A program made the translations under genes and the position numbers. A stretch of 64,000 bases of DNA from Anaerolineae bacterium (GTDB lineage: Bacteria; Chloroflexota; Anaerolineae; CG2-30-64-16), in assembly GCA_040766655.1 (NCBI GenBank), contig JAXGQB010000014.1:10955-74954 (forward strand), read 5' to 3'. Below the pieces are notes generated by a model. That model saw only the letters and a program-made list of their open reading frames with translations. It was not told the DNA's origin and did not search any database. Below are positions 29,222 through 39,572 of the stretch, in pieces; position 1 is the first letter of the stretch, and each line of letters begins with the position of its first letter.

Positions 29222-30054
29222 ACGCGATTCAGGCCATCATCCTGGGCATCGTACAAGGCGCTACAGAATTCATCCCCATCAGTTCTTCTGCGCATCTCGT
29301 GCTCGTGCCCTGGGCCCTCGGATGGAACAGCCCCGGGCTGCTGTTCGATACGATGTTGCATTGGGGCACCCTGACAGCTGTGCTCGTGTATTTCTGGCGC
29401 GATTGGGTGGCCATCATCAAGGGCTTTTTCGTGAGCCTCGTTCGCCGCGGTCCCTGGAGCACCGATCCGAATGGCCGGCTCGCTGATTCCTCCAGCCAAC
29501 TGGCGTGGGCGGTCATCCTCGGTACGTTGCCGGCTGTCGTGCTTGGATTCCTCTTCAATGACTTCATCGAGTCGCTGTTCACGTCCATACTGGCTGTCGG
29601 CGTGTTCCTGTTGGTCACGGCCGCCATCCTCTTCGCGGCTGAACGGATGGGACGCCCACAGCGTCCGCTGGAGAAGATCACATTCACGGACGCTCTCCTG
29701 ATCGGCCTGGCACAGGCCGCGGCCATGGCGCCCGGGATCAGCCGATCCGGCGCGACCCTGGCGGGCGGGCTGGCGCGTGGATTGACGCGCGATTCAGCGG
29801 CGCGCTTCAGCTTTCTGCTGGGCACCCCGACGATCCTGGGGGCGGGCCTGCTCCAGCTTGTCGATGTACTGAAGGCAGAGACGGCTGCTCCAGCGTGGTC
29901 GTCGGTCGTTCCAGGTGCGATTGCTGCCGCGATCGTAGGCTACCTGTGCATCCACTTCCTGCTGTCATACCTCCGTCGGGGAAAGCTGTACGTCTTCGCC
30001 GCCTACTGCGCCGTGCTGGGACTCGTCGTGATACTCGTGAGCCTGATCGGGTGA
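29218..30054 (+). CDS. uppP: Undecaprenyl-diphosphatase
   Basis: GIVQGATEFIPISSSAHL, PGISRSGAT, RFSFLL. Confidence 0.96.
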
Positions 30055-30058
30055 GACT

Positions 30059-30865
30059 GTGAGACTGGCCACCGCCCTGTTGTTGGCCGGCGTGCTTCTT
30101 CTGGGGGCATGCAGCGCCGGACCGACCGCGACGCCGCAGCCGGCTCGCCTGCGCATCCAGGGTTCGACCAGCATGGCAGGGGCACTCACTGAGCTCGCCA
30201 CATCTTTCGAGGCCGACCATCCCAACGTCCTCGTGGAGGTGGAGGGCGGTGGCTCAGCCATGGGTTGGGAGCAGCTGCGCCGAGGCGCTGCTGACGTGGC
30301 GGCACTCTCGTGGCTCAGCGATCAGGTTGTCACGACAGAGGGCTTTCGGGTCGCGGCCGTCGCATCGGACGGCATCGCCATCATCGTCCATCCCTCAAAC
30401 CCCATCACCGATATCACCACGCTGCAGCTTCGCTCGCTCTTCGCCGGGGAGATCCTGGATTGGGGTGCTCTGAGCGCTGTCCAGGGCCAGCCGGCCATCG
30501 TCAGCCGTGAAGAGGGCTCGGGAACCCGCGCCGCATTCGAGTCCGGCATCATGGGCGATCGCCGGGTGACGCTCAACGCCCTCGTGATGCCGACGAGTCA
30601 ATCGGTGCTGGACTACGTCGCGACCCACCAGCTCGCCGTCGGCTACGTGACCTTCGATCACCTCATGCCGTCAGTCCGCGCCGTTCCCGTCGAGGGCGTC
30701 CCCCCTGCGCGCGAACACGTTGCTTCGGGCGCCTACCCCCTGCTCCGTACCCTCTACCTTGCGGTGCAGGAAGGGGCCCAGCCGCCTGCAGATGACTTCG
30801 TTATTCATGCGTTGAGCGCTGAGGGCCAACGCATCCTGTCCAAACATCACACGCCGCTGAACTAA
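30059..30865 (+). CDS. PstS-like phosphate-binding lipoprotein (no permease genes adjacent)
   Basis: Lipobox LGAC, IQGSTS, GGGSAMG, DGIAIIVHPSNP, SREEGSGTR, YPLLRTLY. Confidence 0.85.
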   Translation: MRLATALLLAGVLLLGACSAGPTATPQPARLRIQGSTSMAGALTELATSFEADHPNVLVEVEGGGSAMGWEQLRRGAADVAALSWLSDQVVTTEGFRVAAVASDGIAIIVHPSNPITDITTLQLRSLFAGEILDWGALSAVQGQPAIVSREEGSGTRAAFESGIMGDRRVTLNALVMPTSQSVLDYVATHQLAVGYVTFDHLMPSVRAVPVEGVPPAREHVASGAYPLLRTLYLAVQEGAQPPADDFVIHALSAEGQRILSKHHTPLN

Positions 30866-30867
30866 AC

Positions 30868-30896
30868 TTGACCCGCTCAGCGGTCTATGATAGACT
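30868..30896 (+). promoter_or_regulatory. Promoter of the nusA-infB operon
   Basis: TTGACC-17-TAGACT with an extended TGn motif. Confidence 0.75.
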
Positions 30897-30926
30897 GTTG
30901 TCATTAGCTTCAGGTGCTCTTCTGCG

Positions 30927-30960
30927 GAAAGTCGGGAACCCCCCGGCTTTCTTTGTTGTC
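30927..30960 (+). terminator. Leader terminator/attenuator upstream of nusA
   Basis: 10-bp stem GAAAGUCGGG/CCCGGCUUUC followed by UUUGUUGU, between the promoter and the nusA start. Confidence 0.7.
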
Positions 30961-31026
30961 TGGGCCCCTGAGATTACCGCAGCTGATGCTGTACGGCGTG
31001 AAATCGTGTAGGAGTGTTCGAAACAA

Positions 31027-32700
31027 ATGAGCAAAGAGCTGATCATGGCGATCAACCAGATCTGCGCCGAGAAGGAGTTGCCGCGCGATATCATCCTCGA
31101 GGCGATCGAGGAAGCGCTGGTCCACGCCTATCGCAAGAACTACGCTAGCCCCACGGCGAATGTACAGGTGACGGTCGACCAGGAAAGCGGTGACCTTCAG
31201 ATTTTCTGCGAGAAACAGATCGTGGAAGAAGTGTCTGATGGCGCTGTGGAGATTTCGCTGGCGGACGCGCGCAAGATCGACCAGGATGCGGAGGTCGGCG
31301 GTCAGGTGCTAGATCAGCGCGAGCCGAACGACTTCGGCCGCATCGCCGCTCAGACAGCCAAACAGGTCATCCTACAACGCATTCACGAGGCTGAGCGAGA
31401 TCAGCTATTCGACTTCTACAAACAACGCGAAGGGGAGCTGATCACGGGCCAGGTCCAGTCGATCGACTATCGATCGAACGCGGTCACGATCACTCTGAGC
31501 AAGAAGGCCGAAGGCATCATTGCCGCCGAAGACCAGTTGCCGAACGATCGCTATCGCATCGGCATGAACGTACGCACCCTGCTGGCAGAGATCAACAAGG
31601 GGACGCGCGGCCCTCAGATTCGGCTCTCGCGGACCCATCGCAACATGCTGCGCCGGCTGCTCGAACGGGAAATTCCGGAGATCTACAGCGGAACCGTCGA
31701 AGTGAAGAGCATCGCGCGTGAACCCGGCAACCGCTCGAAGGTTGCAGTGTTCGCTAGCCAGCCGGGCGTCGATCCGGTCGGTTCTTGCGTAGGTCTGCGC
31801 GGCACTCGCATTCAGAACATCGTCGATGAATTGAACGGCGAGAAGATCGATGTTGTCGAATGGTCATCGGATGTTCGCTCCTTCATCAGCAACGCCCTGA
31901 GCCCTGCCAAGCCGACCGACACGATCCTGATCGAGGAAGGCGATATCCGTACGGCCATCGTCGTCGTACCGGACCGGCAGCTCTCGCTGGCAATCGGCAA
32001 AGAAGGACAGAACGCGCGGTTGGCTGCGAAGCTGACGGGGTGGCGAATCGACATCAAGAGCGAGACGGAAGCCGCGACTGAAGGCCTGGCGGAGATCAAG
32101 CGCCAGCAGATGCAGATGATCAAGACGCGCTCGCTGCAGGATCGAGCGGCAGCACTCCCGGCAACGGACGATCTGCTCAGCCGGGCGCAGTGGCTGCTGC
32201 AGGAGAAAGACAAGACCCAGGTCACCCTGGAGGCCGCAGCCCGTATGTTGGTCGAGGCCGATCACAACAGGCCCACTCTGCAGGGCGTTGAGGAAGGCGA
32301 CGAGGGCGCGCAAGTTCCGGCCGAGATGGACGCCGTCACGCCCGAGGCACCTGCCGTCGAGCCCGAGGCGATCGCTGAGCTTCAACCAGAAGCTGTCGAG
32401 CCGTTGCCTGCGCCGGAACCCAGCGAGTCTCCTGTCTCTGAGGATGTGCAGGCGGTCGCTCCCGAGCCAATCGCCGAGACGATGGCTGAGGCCTCGGAAG
32501 AGCTCCTCGAGTACGCGGTGGAAGAGTTCGCAGAAGATGAGGATGGGGACGCAGCGACGGCCGCTGGCAAGAAGCCTGTTAAGAAGGGCAAGAAGTCCAG
32601 CAAGAAACGGGAGCTCGTCTTCGACGAAAACCTCGGCGAGGTGGTCGCCCGCCGCAAACGCAAGCCAACGCGTGAGGGCGGTTGGGAAACCGAATACTAG
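31027..32700 (+). CDS. nusA: Transcription termination/antitermination factor NusA with a long acidic C-terminal extension
   Basis: FGRIAAQTAKQ, S1 domain, AREPGNRSKVAV, LSLAIGKEGQNARLAAKLTGWRIDI. Confidence 0.98.
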   Translation: MSKELIMAINQICAEKELPRDIILEAIEEALVHAYRKNYASPTANVQVTVDQESGDLQIFCEKQIVEEVSDGAVEISLADARKIDQDAEVGGQVLDQREPNDFGRIAAQTAKQVILQRIHEAERDQLFDFYKQREGELITGQVQSIDYRSNAVTITLSKKAEGIIAAEDQLPNDRYRIGMNVRTLLAEINKGTRGPQIRLSRTHRNMLRRLLEREIPEIYSGTVEVKSIAREPGNRSKVAVFASQPGVDPVGSCVGLRGTRIQNIVDELNGEKIDVVEWSSDVRSFISNALSPAKPTDTILIEEGDIRTAIVVVPDRQLSLAIGKEGQNARLAAKLTGWRIDIKSETEAATEGLAEIKRQQMQMIKTRSLQDRAAALPATDDLLSRAQWLLQEKDKTQVTLEAAARMLVEADHNRPTLQGVEEGDEGAQVPAEMDAVTPEAPAVEPEAIAELQPEAVEPLPAPEPSESPVSEDVQAVAPEPIAETMAEASEELLEYAVEEFAEDEDGDAATAAGKKPVKKGKKSSKKRELVFDENLGEVVARRKRKPTREGGWETEY

Positions 32701-32703
32701 ATC

Positions 32704-33015
32704 ATGCCGAAACCGAAGGGGCCGCGACCCAAACATGTGCCGATACGGACGTGCGTGATCTGCCGGAACGAATCCGGCAAGCGTGAACTCGTCCGCGTCG
32801 TGCACACCGCCGGCGAAGGGGTCAGGGTCGATCCATCAGGCAAGTTGCCGGGTCGCGGCGCCTATCTGTGCAGGTCGCGTGCTTGCTGGCAAAACCCTGG
32901 ATTCGTGCCTCGACTCAATGCGGCATTGAAGACCAGGCTGACGGAAACCGAGATAGCTGCGCTACAGGCATACGCAATGACCGTTCCTGAGGACAATGGC
33001 AGCGCACAACCGTAG
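32704..33015 (+). CDS. ylxR: YlxR/RnpM family RNA-binding protein
   Basis: P.RTCVIC...KRELVRVV...D..GK.PGRGAYLC. Confidence 0.93.
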   Translation: MPKPKGPRPKHVPIRTCVICRNESGKRELVRVVHTAGEGVRVDPSGKLPGRGAYLCRSRACWQNPGFVPRLNAALKTRLTETEIAALQAYAMTVPEDNGSAQP

Positions 33016-33304
33016 CGTTGTCCACCAGGACGAGTCGATGTCCGCGGAAGAGCAGGAGCATCTGGATGGTGGCGGCCAAACAACCGCTGAAGACAATAGG
33101 GTGGGCGCCGGAGCTGGGCACTGCAAGGGTGGTCATATGGTAGGTTGACTGCTGTAATCTGACCCTCGCAAGCACCCCTCGGTCCCATCCCCAATGTCCA
33201 ACCGAATCGAGAACCCGGCCGGTTCGCACGTCCGGCACGACACAGCTGTGTCGGGAGACTTACGTCGCCCTGCGGGCCTGTGTGTCGGTAGGAGGAGAAG
33301 ATAA

Positions 33305-35875
33305 GTGGCTAATAAAAATCCTAAGACAGAAGAATCCAAACCGGCTGGGAGCCGAAAGCAAGACGCTCCGGCTGCAGCAGAACCGCAGCAACCGAATGGC
33401 GATAACGGCAAGGCAGAGCAAGCTCCTCGCGCCAGCGGGGCCGCACAGCCAGCAAAGGGCGCAGCACGCGCCTCCGATTCACCGCAACGCACTGACACAG
33501 CGCGCCAGCCCAAGACGCCATCGGTCGCCAAGCCCACCAGTCTGACCCGGCCGGGCAGCAGCATGTCACAACGCGCCCCAGGGCTGCAGCATCCTGGACA
33601 GGCGGCCGATAACGCACGCGGTTCGCAGGGTGCGTCGCAGTCTGATGGCTCCGGAGAGGTGTTTAGCCAGCGCGTCTTCGATCCTACATCCGAGGACACC
33701 GTCGTTCCGCGCGGCCGGCCTGCGGGAGGTGGCCGTCCTGTAGGGGGTGGCCAGCGCCAGGGTGCGCCCGGAGGCCAGGGCCGCCCCACCGGCCCGGCAA
33801 CGGGCCCATCCGGCCGTCCGGGTGGATTCGGCTCGGGCGGTGGCCCGGACTCATCACAAGGTCGCCAGGGCGGTGGCCAACCAGATCGCAGCGGTGGGCA
33901 GCGCACGACCCCCGACCGAAGTCGCCAGGGCGGCGGCCAGTCGGGATACGGCGGACGTCAGGGCGGTGGCGGCCAGAGAGGCAAGCAAGGGCAGAGGCGA
34001 CCGGGTGGTCAGCGCTCTCAGGGCGGCGGCCAGGGTGCAGGATCAGCGGGAGCGGGAGCGCCAGCGCCCCGCGCTGCAGCCGTAGCCGCGCCAGCAGCGG
34101 TCTCCGACATCCTCATACCTGAGATCATCACCGTGCGTGACCTGGCCGAGCGGATGCACAAGAGCCCGATCGAGATCATCAAGACGCTGATGAACTACGG
34201 CATGATGGTCACGATCACCGAATCGATCGATTTCGATACTGCTGCATTGATCGGTGAAGAACTCGGCATCGAGGTCAAGCCCGAGCGCGAACCCGAACCT
34301 GAGCCGGCCGAGGAGGCCGAGGAGGCACCCAAGACCCTACGGCAACGCATCATCGCGGAGGAAAAGACCGAAAACATGCAGGCTCGTCCCCCCGTAGTGG
34401 TGGTGTTGGGCCACGTCGACCACGGCAAGACGACGCTCCTGGACGCCATCCGGGAGACGCGCGTGGTTGAGGGCGAAGCTGGCGGGATCACGCAACACAT
34501 CGGCGCGTACCAGGTGGAGGTGAACGGGCGCAAGATCACGTTCCTTGACACGCCGGGACATGAGGCGTTCACGGCCATGCGCGCGCGCGGCGCTATGGTG
34601 ACCGATATCGCGATCCTCGTCGTGGCCGCAGATGACGGCGTCATGCCGCAGACCAAGGAAGCCATCTCGCACGTCAAGGCGGCGCAGGTGCCGCTCATCG
34701 TGGCGCTCAACAAGATCGACAAGGCTCAGTCCAACCCGGACCGGGTCAAACAGGAATTGGCGGACAACGGTGTGCTGATCGAGGAGTACGGCGGCGACGT
34801 CATGTGCGTGCCCGTGTCGGCCAAGATGCGCCGCGGCATCGAAGACCTGCTGGAGAGCGTCCTGCTCGCCACCGAGGTCGACCCGCAGATGGCTAACCCC
34901 GACGGAGAGTGCGTCGGCACAGTGATCGAAAGCCGTCTCGACAAGACGCGCGGGCCGATGGCGACGCTCCTGGTACAAAACGGCACGCTGAAGGTTGGCG
35001 ACAGCATTGTCAGCGGCGAGACTCACGCCAGGATCCGCGCGATGTACGATGACAAGGGCGAACCGATCACCGAGGCGCTGCCGGCTCAGCCTATCGCGAT
35101 CCTCGGATTCTCGGACGTCCCCGTGGCAGGCGACACCTTCAAGGTAGTGGCCGACGACCGGACTGCACGCGCATTGGCTGAGGTGCGCCAGGACGAAAAA
35201 CGCGCCGCTGTCGGCCCTGCGCCGCTGCGCACTCTGGAGAGCATCTTCGCCGCTGCCGAGGCAGGCCAGGTCAAGGAATTGAACCTGATTCTCAAGGCTG
35301 ACGTGCAAGGCTCCATCGAACCGATCGTCAACTCGCTGGACAAGCTGAGCACGGACAAGCTCAAGGTCAAGGTGCTGCACCAGGGCACCGGTAACATCAC
35401 GGAATCGGACGTCATGCTGGCCATCGCCTCGCATGCGATCATCGTGGGCTTCTCGGTCGTGACTGACGGCGCTGCGCAGAAGATGGCTGAGGCCGAGGGC
35501 GTGGACATCAGGATCTACAAGATCATCTACAACATCATCGAGGATGTTCAGAAGGCCCTCACCGGCTTGCTGGAGCCGGTGTATAAGGAAGTCGTGACAG
35601 GCCATGCAGAGATCAGGCAGGTCTTCAAGGTATCGAAGGTCGGCAAGGTTGCAGGCTGTTACATCCTCGATGGCGAGATTCCCCGCAATTCGTCCGTGCG
35701 GATCAAGCGCAACGGGGAACCGATCGGCGAAGATAGGATCGCAGCCTTGAAACGATTCCAGGAAGACGTCGCCGAGGTTAAGACCGGATTCGAATGCGGC
35801 ATACACCTGAACAACTTCAACGACTTTGAAGTGGGCGACATTCTGGAAGCGTACAAGAAGGAGCGGGTGCTGTAA
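33305..35875 (+). CDS. infB: Translation initiation factor IF-2
   Basis: [43 protein letters not shown]; AGGAGG SD + GTG. Confidence 0.98.
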   Translation: MANKNPKTEESKPAGSRKQDAPAAAEPQQPNGDNGKAEQAPRASGAAQPAKGAARASDSPQRTDTARQPKTPSVAKPTSLTRPGSSMSQRAPGLQHPGQAADNARGSQGASQSDGSGEVFSQRVFDPTSEDTVVPRGRPAGGGRPVGGGQRQGAPGGQGRPTGPATGPSGRPGGFGSGGGPDSSQGRQGGGQPDRSGGQRTTPDRSRQGGGQSGYGGRQGGGGQRGKQGQRRPGGQRSQGGGQGAGSAGAGAPAPRAAAVAAPAAVSDILIPEIITVRDLAERMHKSPIEIIKTLMNYGMMVTITESIDFDTAALIGEELGIEVKPEREPEPEPAEEAEEAPKTLRQRIIAEEKTENMQARPPVVVVLGHVDHGKTTLLDAIRETRVVEGEAGGITQHIGAYQVEVNGRKITFLDTPGHEAFTAMRARGAMVTDIAILVVAADDGVMPQTKEAISHVKAAQVPLIVALNKIDKAQSNPDRVKQELADNGVLIEEYGGDVMCVPVSAKMRRGIEDLLESVLLATEVDPQMANPDGECVGTVIESRLDKTRGPMATLLVQNGTLKVGDSIVSGETHARIRAMYDDKGEPITEALPAQPIAILGFSDVPVAGDTFKVVADDRTARALAEVRQDEKRAAVGPAPLRTLESIFAAAEAGQVKELNLILKADVQGSIEPIVNSLDKLSTDKLKVKVLHQGTGNITESDVMLAIASHAIIVGFSVVTDGAAQKMAEAEGVDIRIYKIIYNIIEDVQKALTGLLEPVYKEVVTGHAEIRQVFKVSKVGKVAGCYILDGEIPRNSSVRIKRNGEPIGEDRIAALKRFQEDVAEVKTGFECGIHLNNFNDFEVGDILEAYKKERVL

Positions 35876-36264
35876 TGGTCTCTCGCCGGCAAGAACGCGT
35901 TGCCGAGGTCTTGCTTGAGGAGTTGGGTCTGCTCATCAGCAGTGAACTGAGCGACCCGCGGCTCGACGATGCCATGGTGACGGTGACCGATGTGCAGGTT
36001 TCGCCGGACCTCGCCAACGCCAGAGTCTACATCCAACATGTGCTGCCCGAACGGGAATCCCGCCACGTGCTCAGCGCGCTGCAGCACGCAACGGGGTTCC
36101 TGCGCCGGTCGTTGCTCGAGAATCTGCGCCTGCGCGCGGTTCCAGAGTTGCACTTCTCCGTCGATGTGACCGAGCAGCACGCGCGTCACATCGACGAAAT
36201 CCTGGATCAGCTGGCCCAAGAAAATCAGCCCGCCAGTGAGTCGATGCCGCATGCCGACAGCTAG
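35875..36264 (+). CDS. rbfA: Ribosome-binding factor A
   Basis: DPRL...VT.V.VSPDL..ARVY...LR.R.VPEL.F..D; position after infB. Confidence 0.95.
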   Translation: MVSRRQERVAEVLLEELGLLISSELSDPRLDDAMVTVTDVQVSPDLANARVYIQHVLPERESRHVLSALQHATGFLRRSLLENLRLRAVPELHFSVDVTEQHARHIDEILDQLAQENQPASESMPHADS

Positions 36265-37246
36265 CAGCCTGCCCCTCATCGAGCTGGCGGGTCTCATCCG
36301 GCAGTCCACGCGCATGCTGGCGTTCTGCCACGTCAATCCCGATGGGGACGCAGTTGGCTCCCTCCTGGGACTGGGGCAGGTGTTCGACGCCCTGCCGGGT
36401 CGCCGCACAGTCCATCTGATCTGCCAGGATCCGGTCCCGGAAGAGTTGCACTTCATTCCCGGCGTCGAGCGCATCACCAACGCGGTGCCGTTCGGCTTCG
36501 ATGCCGACCTGATCGTGTGCGTCGATGCCAGCGACCCCGCGCGGCTTGGCAAGGTATTTGCCGAGCTGGATGCGGCGCAGACGCCAGTCGTGGTGATCGA
36601 CCACCACGTCACCAACCTGCACTTCGGCACCTATAACTACGTCGCGCCTGAAACTGCATCGACGTCACAGCTGATCGCAGCCCTCACTGACGCGCTCGAC
36701 CTGCAGCTAACGGCGACCCTGGCGTTTCCGCTGATGGTGGGACTGGTGACGGACACCCTGGGTTTCCGGACCAGCAACGTGACGTCCGCGGAGTTGTCCT
36801 GCGGCGTGCGTTTGATGGATGCCGGCGTCGACCTGGCCGACATCGCCCAACGCACGCTGCTCTGCAAGCCCCTCAATCAGATGCGCCTGTGGGGAGAAGC
36901 GTTCGTGAAGGCGTCGTTGGCTGACGGGGTCATCTGGGTCGATGTCACTGACGAGATGCGGCGCCGCGCAGACATCCCCGACGAGGATGATGGCGGCCTC
37001 GTCAGCCAACTCATCATGGCAGCAGAGGCGCGCGTCGCCGCAGTCTTCAACGAGTTGAAGGACGGGCGCATCGAAGTAGATCTGCGTGCCCGGCCGCCTC
37101 ACAACGTTGCCACCGTCGCCCTGTCCCTGGGCGGCGGAGGACATCCTCAGGCATCGGGCTGCATCCTGCCCGGCCCTCTGGCGGCGGCCCGGGAGCGGGT
37201 ACTGCCGCTGCTCGTCACCGCAGCAGTCCGCCGGACGGCATCATAG
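36251..37246 (+). CDS. nrnA: DHH/DHHA1 phosphoesterase (nanoRNase/pAp phosphatase)
   Basis: HVNPDGDAVGS, VIDHH, TDT.GF, GGGGHPQASG. Confidence 0.9.
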   Translation: MPTASSLPLIELAGLIRQSTRMLAFCHVNPDGDAVGSLLGLGQVFDALPGRRTVHLICQDPVPEELHFIPGVERITNAVPFGFDADLIVCVDASDPARLGKVFAELDAAQTPVVVIDHHVTNLHFGTYNYVAPETASTSQLIAALTDALDLQLTATLAFPLMVGLVTDTLGFRTSNVTSAELSCGVRLMDAGVDLADIAQRTLLCKPLNQMRLWGEAFVKASLADGVIWVDVTDEMRRRADIPDEDDGGLVSQLIMAAEARVAAVFNELKDGRIEVDLRARPPHNVATVALSLGGGGHPQASGCILPGPLAAARERVLPLLVTAAVRRTAS

Positions 37247-37265
37247 CGCGAACCAGGTGATCGAC

Positions 37266-38162
37266 ATGGACGGCATCCTCAACATCGACAAACCGCAAGG
37301 GTGGACCTCTCACGACGTAGTGGCGTGGGTTCGCCGCCTGTTAAGGGTCAAGCGGGTGGGTCATGCCGGCACGCTGGATCCTCTGGCCACCGGTGTGCTG
37401 TTGGTCTGCGTGGGTCAGGCAACGCGACTGTCCGAATACGTCATGGCGTCAGACAAATCCTATCGGGCGCAAGTCCAGCTCGGCACGTCGACGGACACCT
37501 ATGACCTGGATGGCGACGTGGTCCAGGTGCGCCCGCTGCCAGAGGGGCTCGATCTGGAAACCATCCGAGAGGCACTGGCTGCGTTTCAGGGCGATCTCAT
37601 GCAGACACCGCCGGTCTACTCCGCCATCAAGCAGGGCGGGGTCGCGCTGCACCGCCTGGCGCGGCGCGGAGAGGCGGTGCAGCCGCAAGCGCGTCCGGTG
37701 CACATCCACCACATCGAGCTGGTCGACTGGTCCCCGCCAGTGGTCACGGTCAACGTGACGTGCAGCCCGGGCACCTATATTCGAAGCCTGGCCCATGATC
37801 TGGGAGAGGCGCTTGGGTGCGGGGGGACGCTGGCCAGCCTGCGTCGAACACGCAGCGGCGCGTTTTCGGTGGACACCGCCTTGGCGCCCGACGACATTGC
37901 CGAGGCCTTCCGCAGCGGCTCTCTGAACGAGCATCTTAAGCCGATGACCGCGGCCCTCACTTCCCTGACACCGGTAGAAGTGACGGAAGCGGATGCCGCA
38001 CGGCTGCGAACGGGTGGGCCCATCCCCCATTCCAGCGATCAGCCACCCACCAGCACTACCGCCTACGCGATCGACGCCAGCGGAGGCGTCGTCGCCATCC
38101 TGAGATATGCTTCGGAGCAGAACGACTGGTGGCCTGACAAGGTATTCCTTGCGGCGACCTGA
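37266..38162 (+). CDS. truB: tRNA pseudouridine(55) synthase
   Basis: DKPQGWTSHDVV, GHAGTLDPLATGVL, PPVYSAIK, CSPGTYIRSLAHD. Confidence 0.97.
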   Translation: MDGILNIDKPQGWTSHDVVAWVRRLLRVKRVGHAGTLDPLATGVLLVCVGQATRLSEYVMASDKSYRAQVQLGTSTDTYDLDGDVVQVRPLPEGLDLETIREALAAFQGDLMQTPPVYSAIKQGGVALHRLARRGEAVQPQARPVHIHHIELVDWSPPVVTVNVTCSPGTYIRSLAHDLGEALGCGGTLASLRRTRSGAFSVDTALAPDDIAEAFRSGSLNEHLKPMTAALTSLTPVEVTEADAARLRTGGPIPHSSDQPPTSTTAYAIDASGGVVAILRYASEQNDWWPDKVFLAAT

Positions 38163-38201
38163 GCCACTCCCTGACCGGTGCTGAGCAGATCTTCAGAGCC
38201 T

Positions 38202-39554
38202 ATGCAAATCTACCACGGCCTGCCCGACGATCCCTTCTCGAAGCCGATCTATCTGACTATCGGCAACTTCGACGGCGTTCACCTGGGTCACCAGCGGCTC
38301 ATACGCGAGCTCGCCCGTGCCGCTCATCAGGGCGATGGACTGGCCGGGCTGTTGACGTTCGAGCCGCACCCCGTGGCTGTCCTGCGATCCGACCTGGTCG
38401 TACCGCGTCTCACCTCCAGCGAAGATCGCGCAGACATCCTGGCCGCACTCGGACTCGATTTCGTGATCGTATTTCCGTTTACGAGATCGACGGCAGAGAC
38501 GTCTGCAGCAGATTTCCTCGCAGCGCTGATGCGCGTACTGCCCCTGGCCGAGTTGTGGGTCGGGCCTGACTTCGCGCTGGGCCGCGGCCGCGAAGGGAAC
38601 ATCGAACGACTTACCGGGTTCGGCCGGCACATGGGATTCTCGCTGCAGGTCATTCCCAACCTGGACTGGCAGGGCGAGCCCGTGCGCTCCAGCCGCGTGC
38701 GCTCGCTCCTGGCAGAGGACGGCGCTGTGGCACAGGCCGCCGAATTGCTCGGTCGCCCGTATCGCCTTGCAGCAGAGGTCGTGCGGGGCGCACAGCGCGG
38801 CACGGGCCTGGGCTTTCCCACCGCGAACCTCCTGATTCCGGAGGATCGGTTGACACCTGCCTATGGCGTCTATGCCTGTTGGGCGTGGCGTGGAGAGCGC
38901 GGATATCCTGCGGTTGTCAACGTCGGCGTGAGACCCAGCTTTGACAACGGGCATCCGTCCGTAGAAGCGCATCTGATCGACTTTGCGGGAGACCTCTACG
39001 GCGAGGTGCTGGGGCTCAGCTTCATCGCGCGGCTGCGAGGCGAGAAGAGGTTTGCGGAGATCGCAGACCTTGTCGCACAGATAGGCACAGATACGGCGAG
39101 TGCGAAACAACTCCTCTCGTATCCGGACACGCATGCGCAGGCCGCGGCGGCGGCTTCGTGGCGCGAGATCGCACACACTGCCGACTACTCCGTCGAGGTC
39201 TCTGGCGCCGATCTACGCACCCTCTTCGCGAATTCGGCGCTGGCCATGTACGGCTATCAGGACGTCGAACACGACCATCCGGTGTCGTTGGCCCGCGCCA
39301 TCGCGGTGCAGGCCGACGGATTCGAGGAGTTGATGGTTGGGTGGTTGAACCGCTTGCTCCTGTGGCAGGAAACAGGCGGTGAGATGTACACCCGATTTGA
39401 GATCCACGAGCTCTCAGAATGCGGGTTACGAGGCGTCGCCTATGGCTACCCCGGCTCCCCCTCTCACACGGCCATCAAGGCCGCGACCTTCTACGATCTT
39501 CTGGTTCAGGAAACCGGTGCAGGCTGGCGCGCGAGGGTGACGTTCGATATATGA
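38202..39554 (+). CDS. ribF: Bifunctional riboflavin kinase/FAD synthetase fused in frame to a C-terminal archease domain
   Basis: GNFDGVHLGH, VRSSRVR, GFPTAN, GVRPSF, VEAHL, LRGEKRF; then an AQAAAAAS linker and archease motifs HTAD, IKAATFY and C-terminal FDI. Confidence 0.93.
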   Translation: MQIYHGLPDDPFSKPIYLTIGNFDGVHLGHQRLIRELARAAHQGDGLAGLLTFEPHPVAVLRSDLVVPRLTSSEDRADILAALGLDFVIVFPFTRSTAETSAADFLAALMRVLPLAELWVGPDFALGRGREGNIERLTGFGRHMGFSLQVIPNLDWQGEPVRSSRVRSLLAEDGAVAQAAELLGRPYRLAAEVVRGAQRGTGLGFPTANLLIPEDRLTPAYGVYACWAWRGERGYPAVVNVGVRPSFDNGHPSVEAHLIDFAGDLYGEVLGLSFIARLRGEKRFAEIADLVAQIGTDTASAKQLLSYPDTHAQAAAAASWREIAHTADYSVEVSGADLRTLFANSALAMYGYQDVEHDHPVSLARAIAVQADGFEELMVGWLNRLLLWQETGGEMYTRFEIHELSECGLRGVAYGYPGSPSHTAIKAATFYDLLVQETGAGWRARVTFDI

Positions 39555-39572
39555 GCGAGGCTGGCGCGGGGA

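Noticed and set aside
33016-33070. SRP RNA-like sequence (gtccgcggaagagcagg)
   Set aside because: Lacks the CAGG...GGAA...AGCA symmetric-loop geometry and the enclosing long stem
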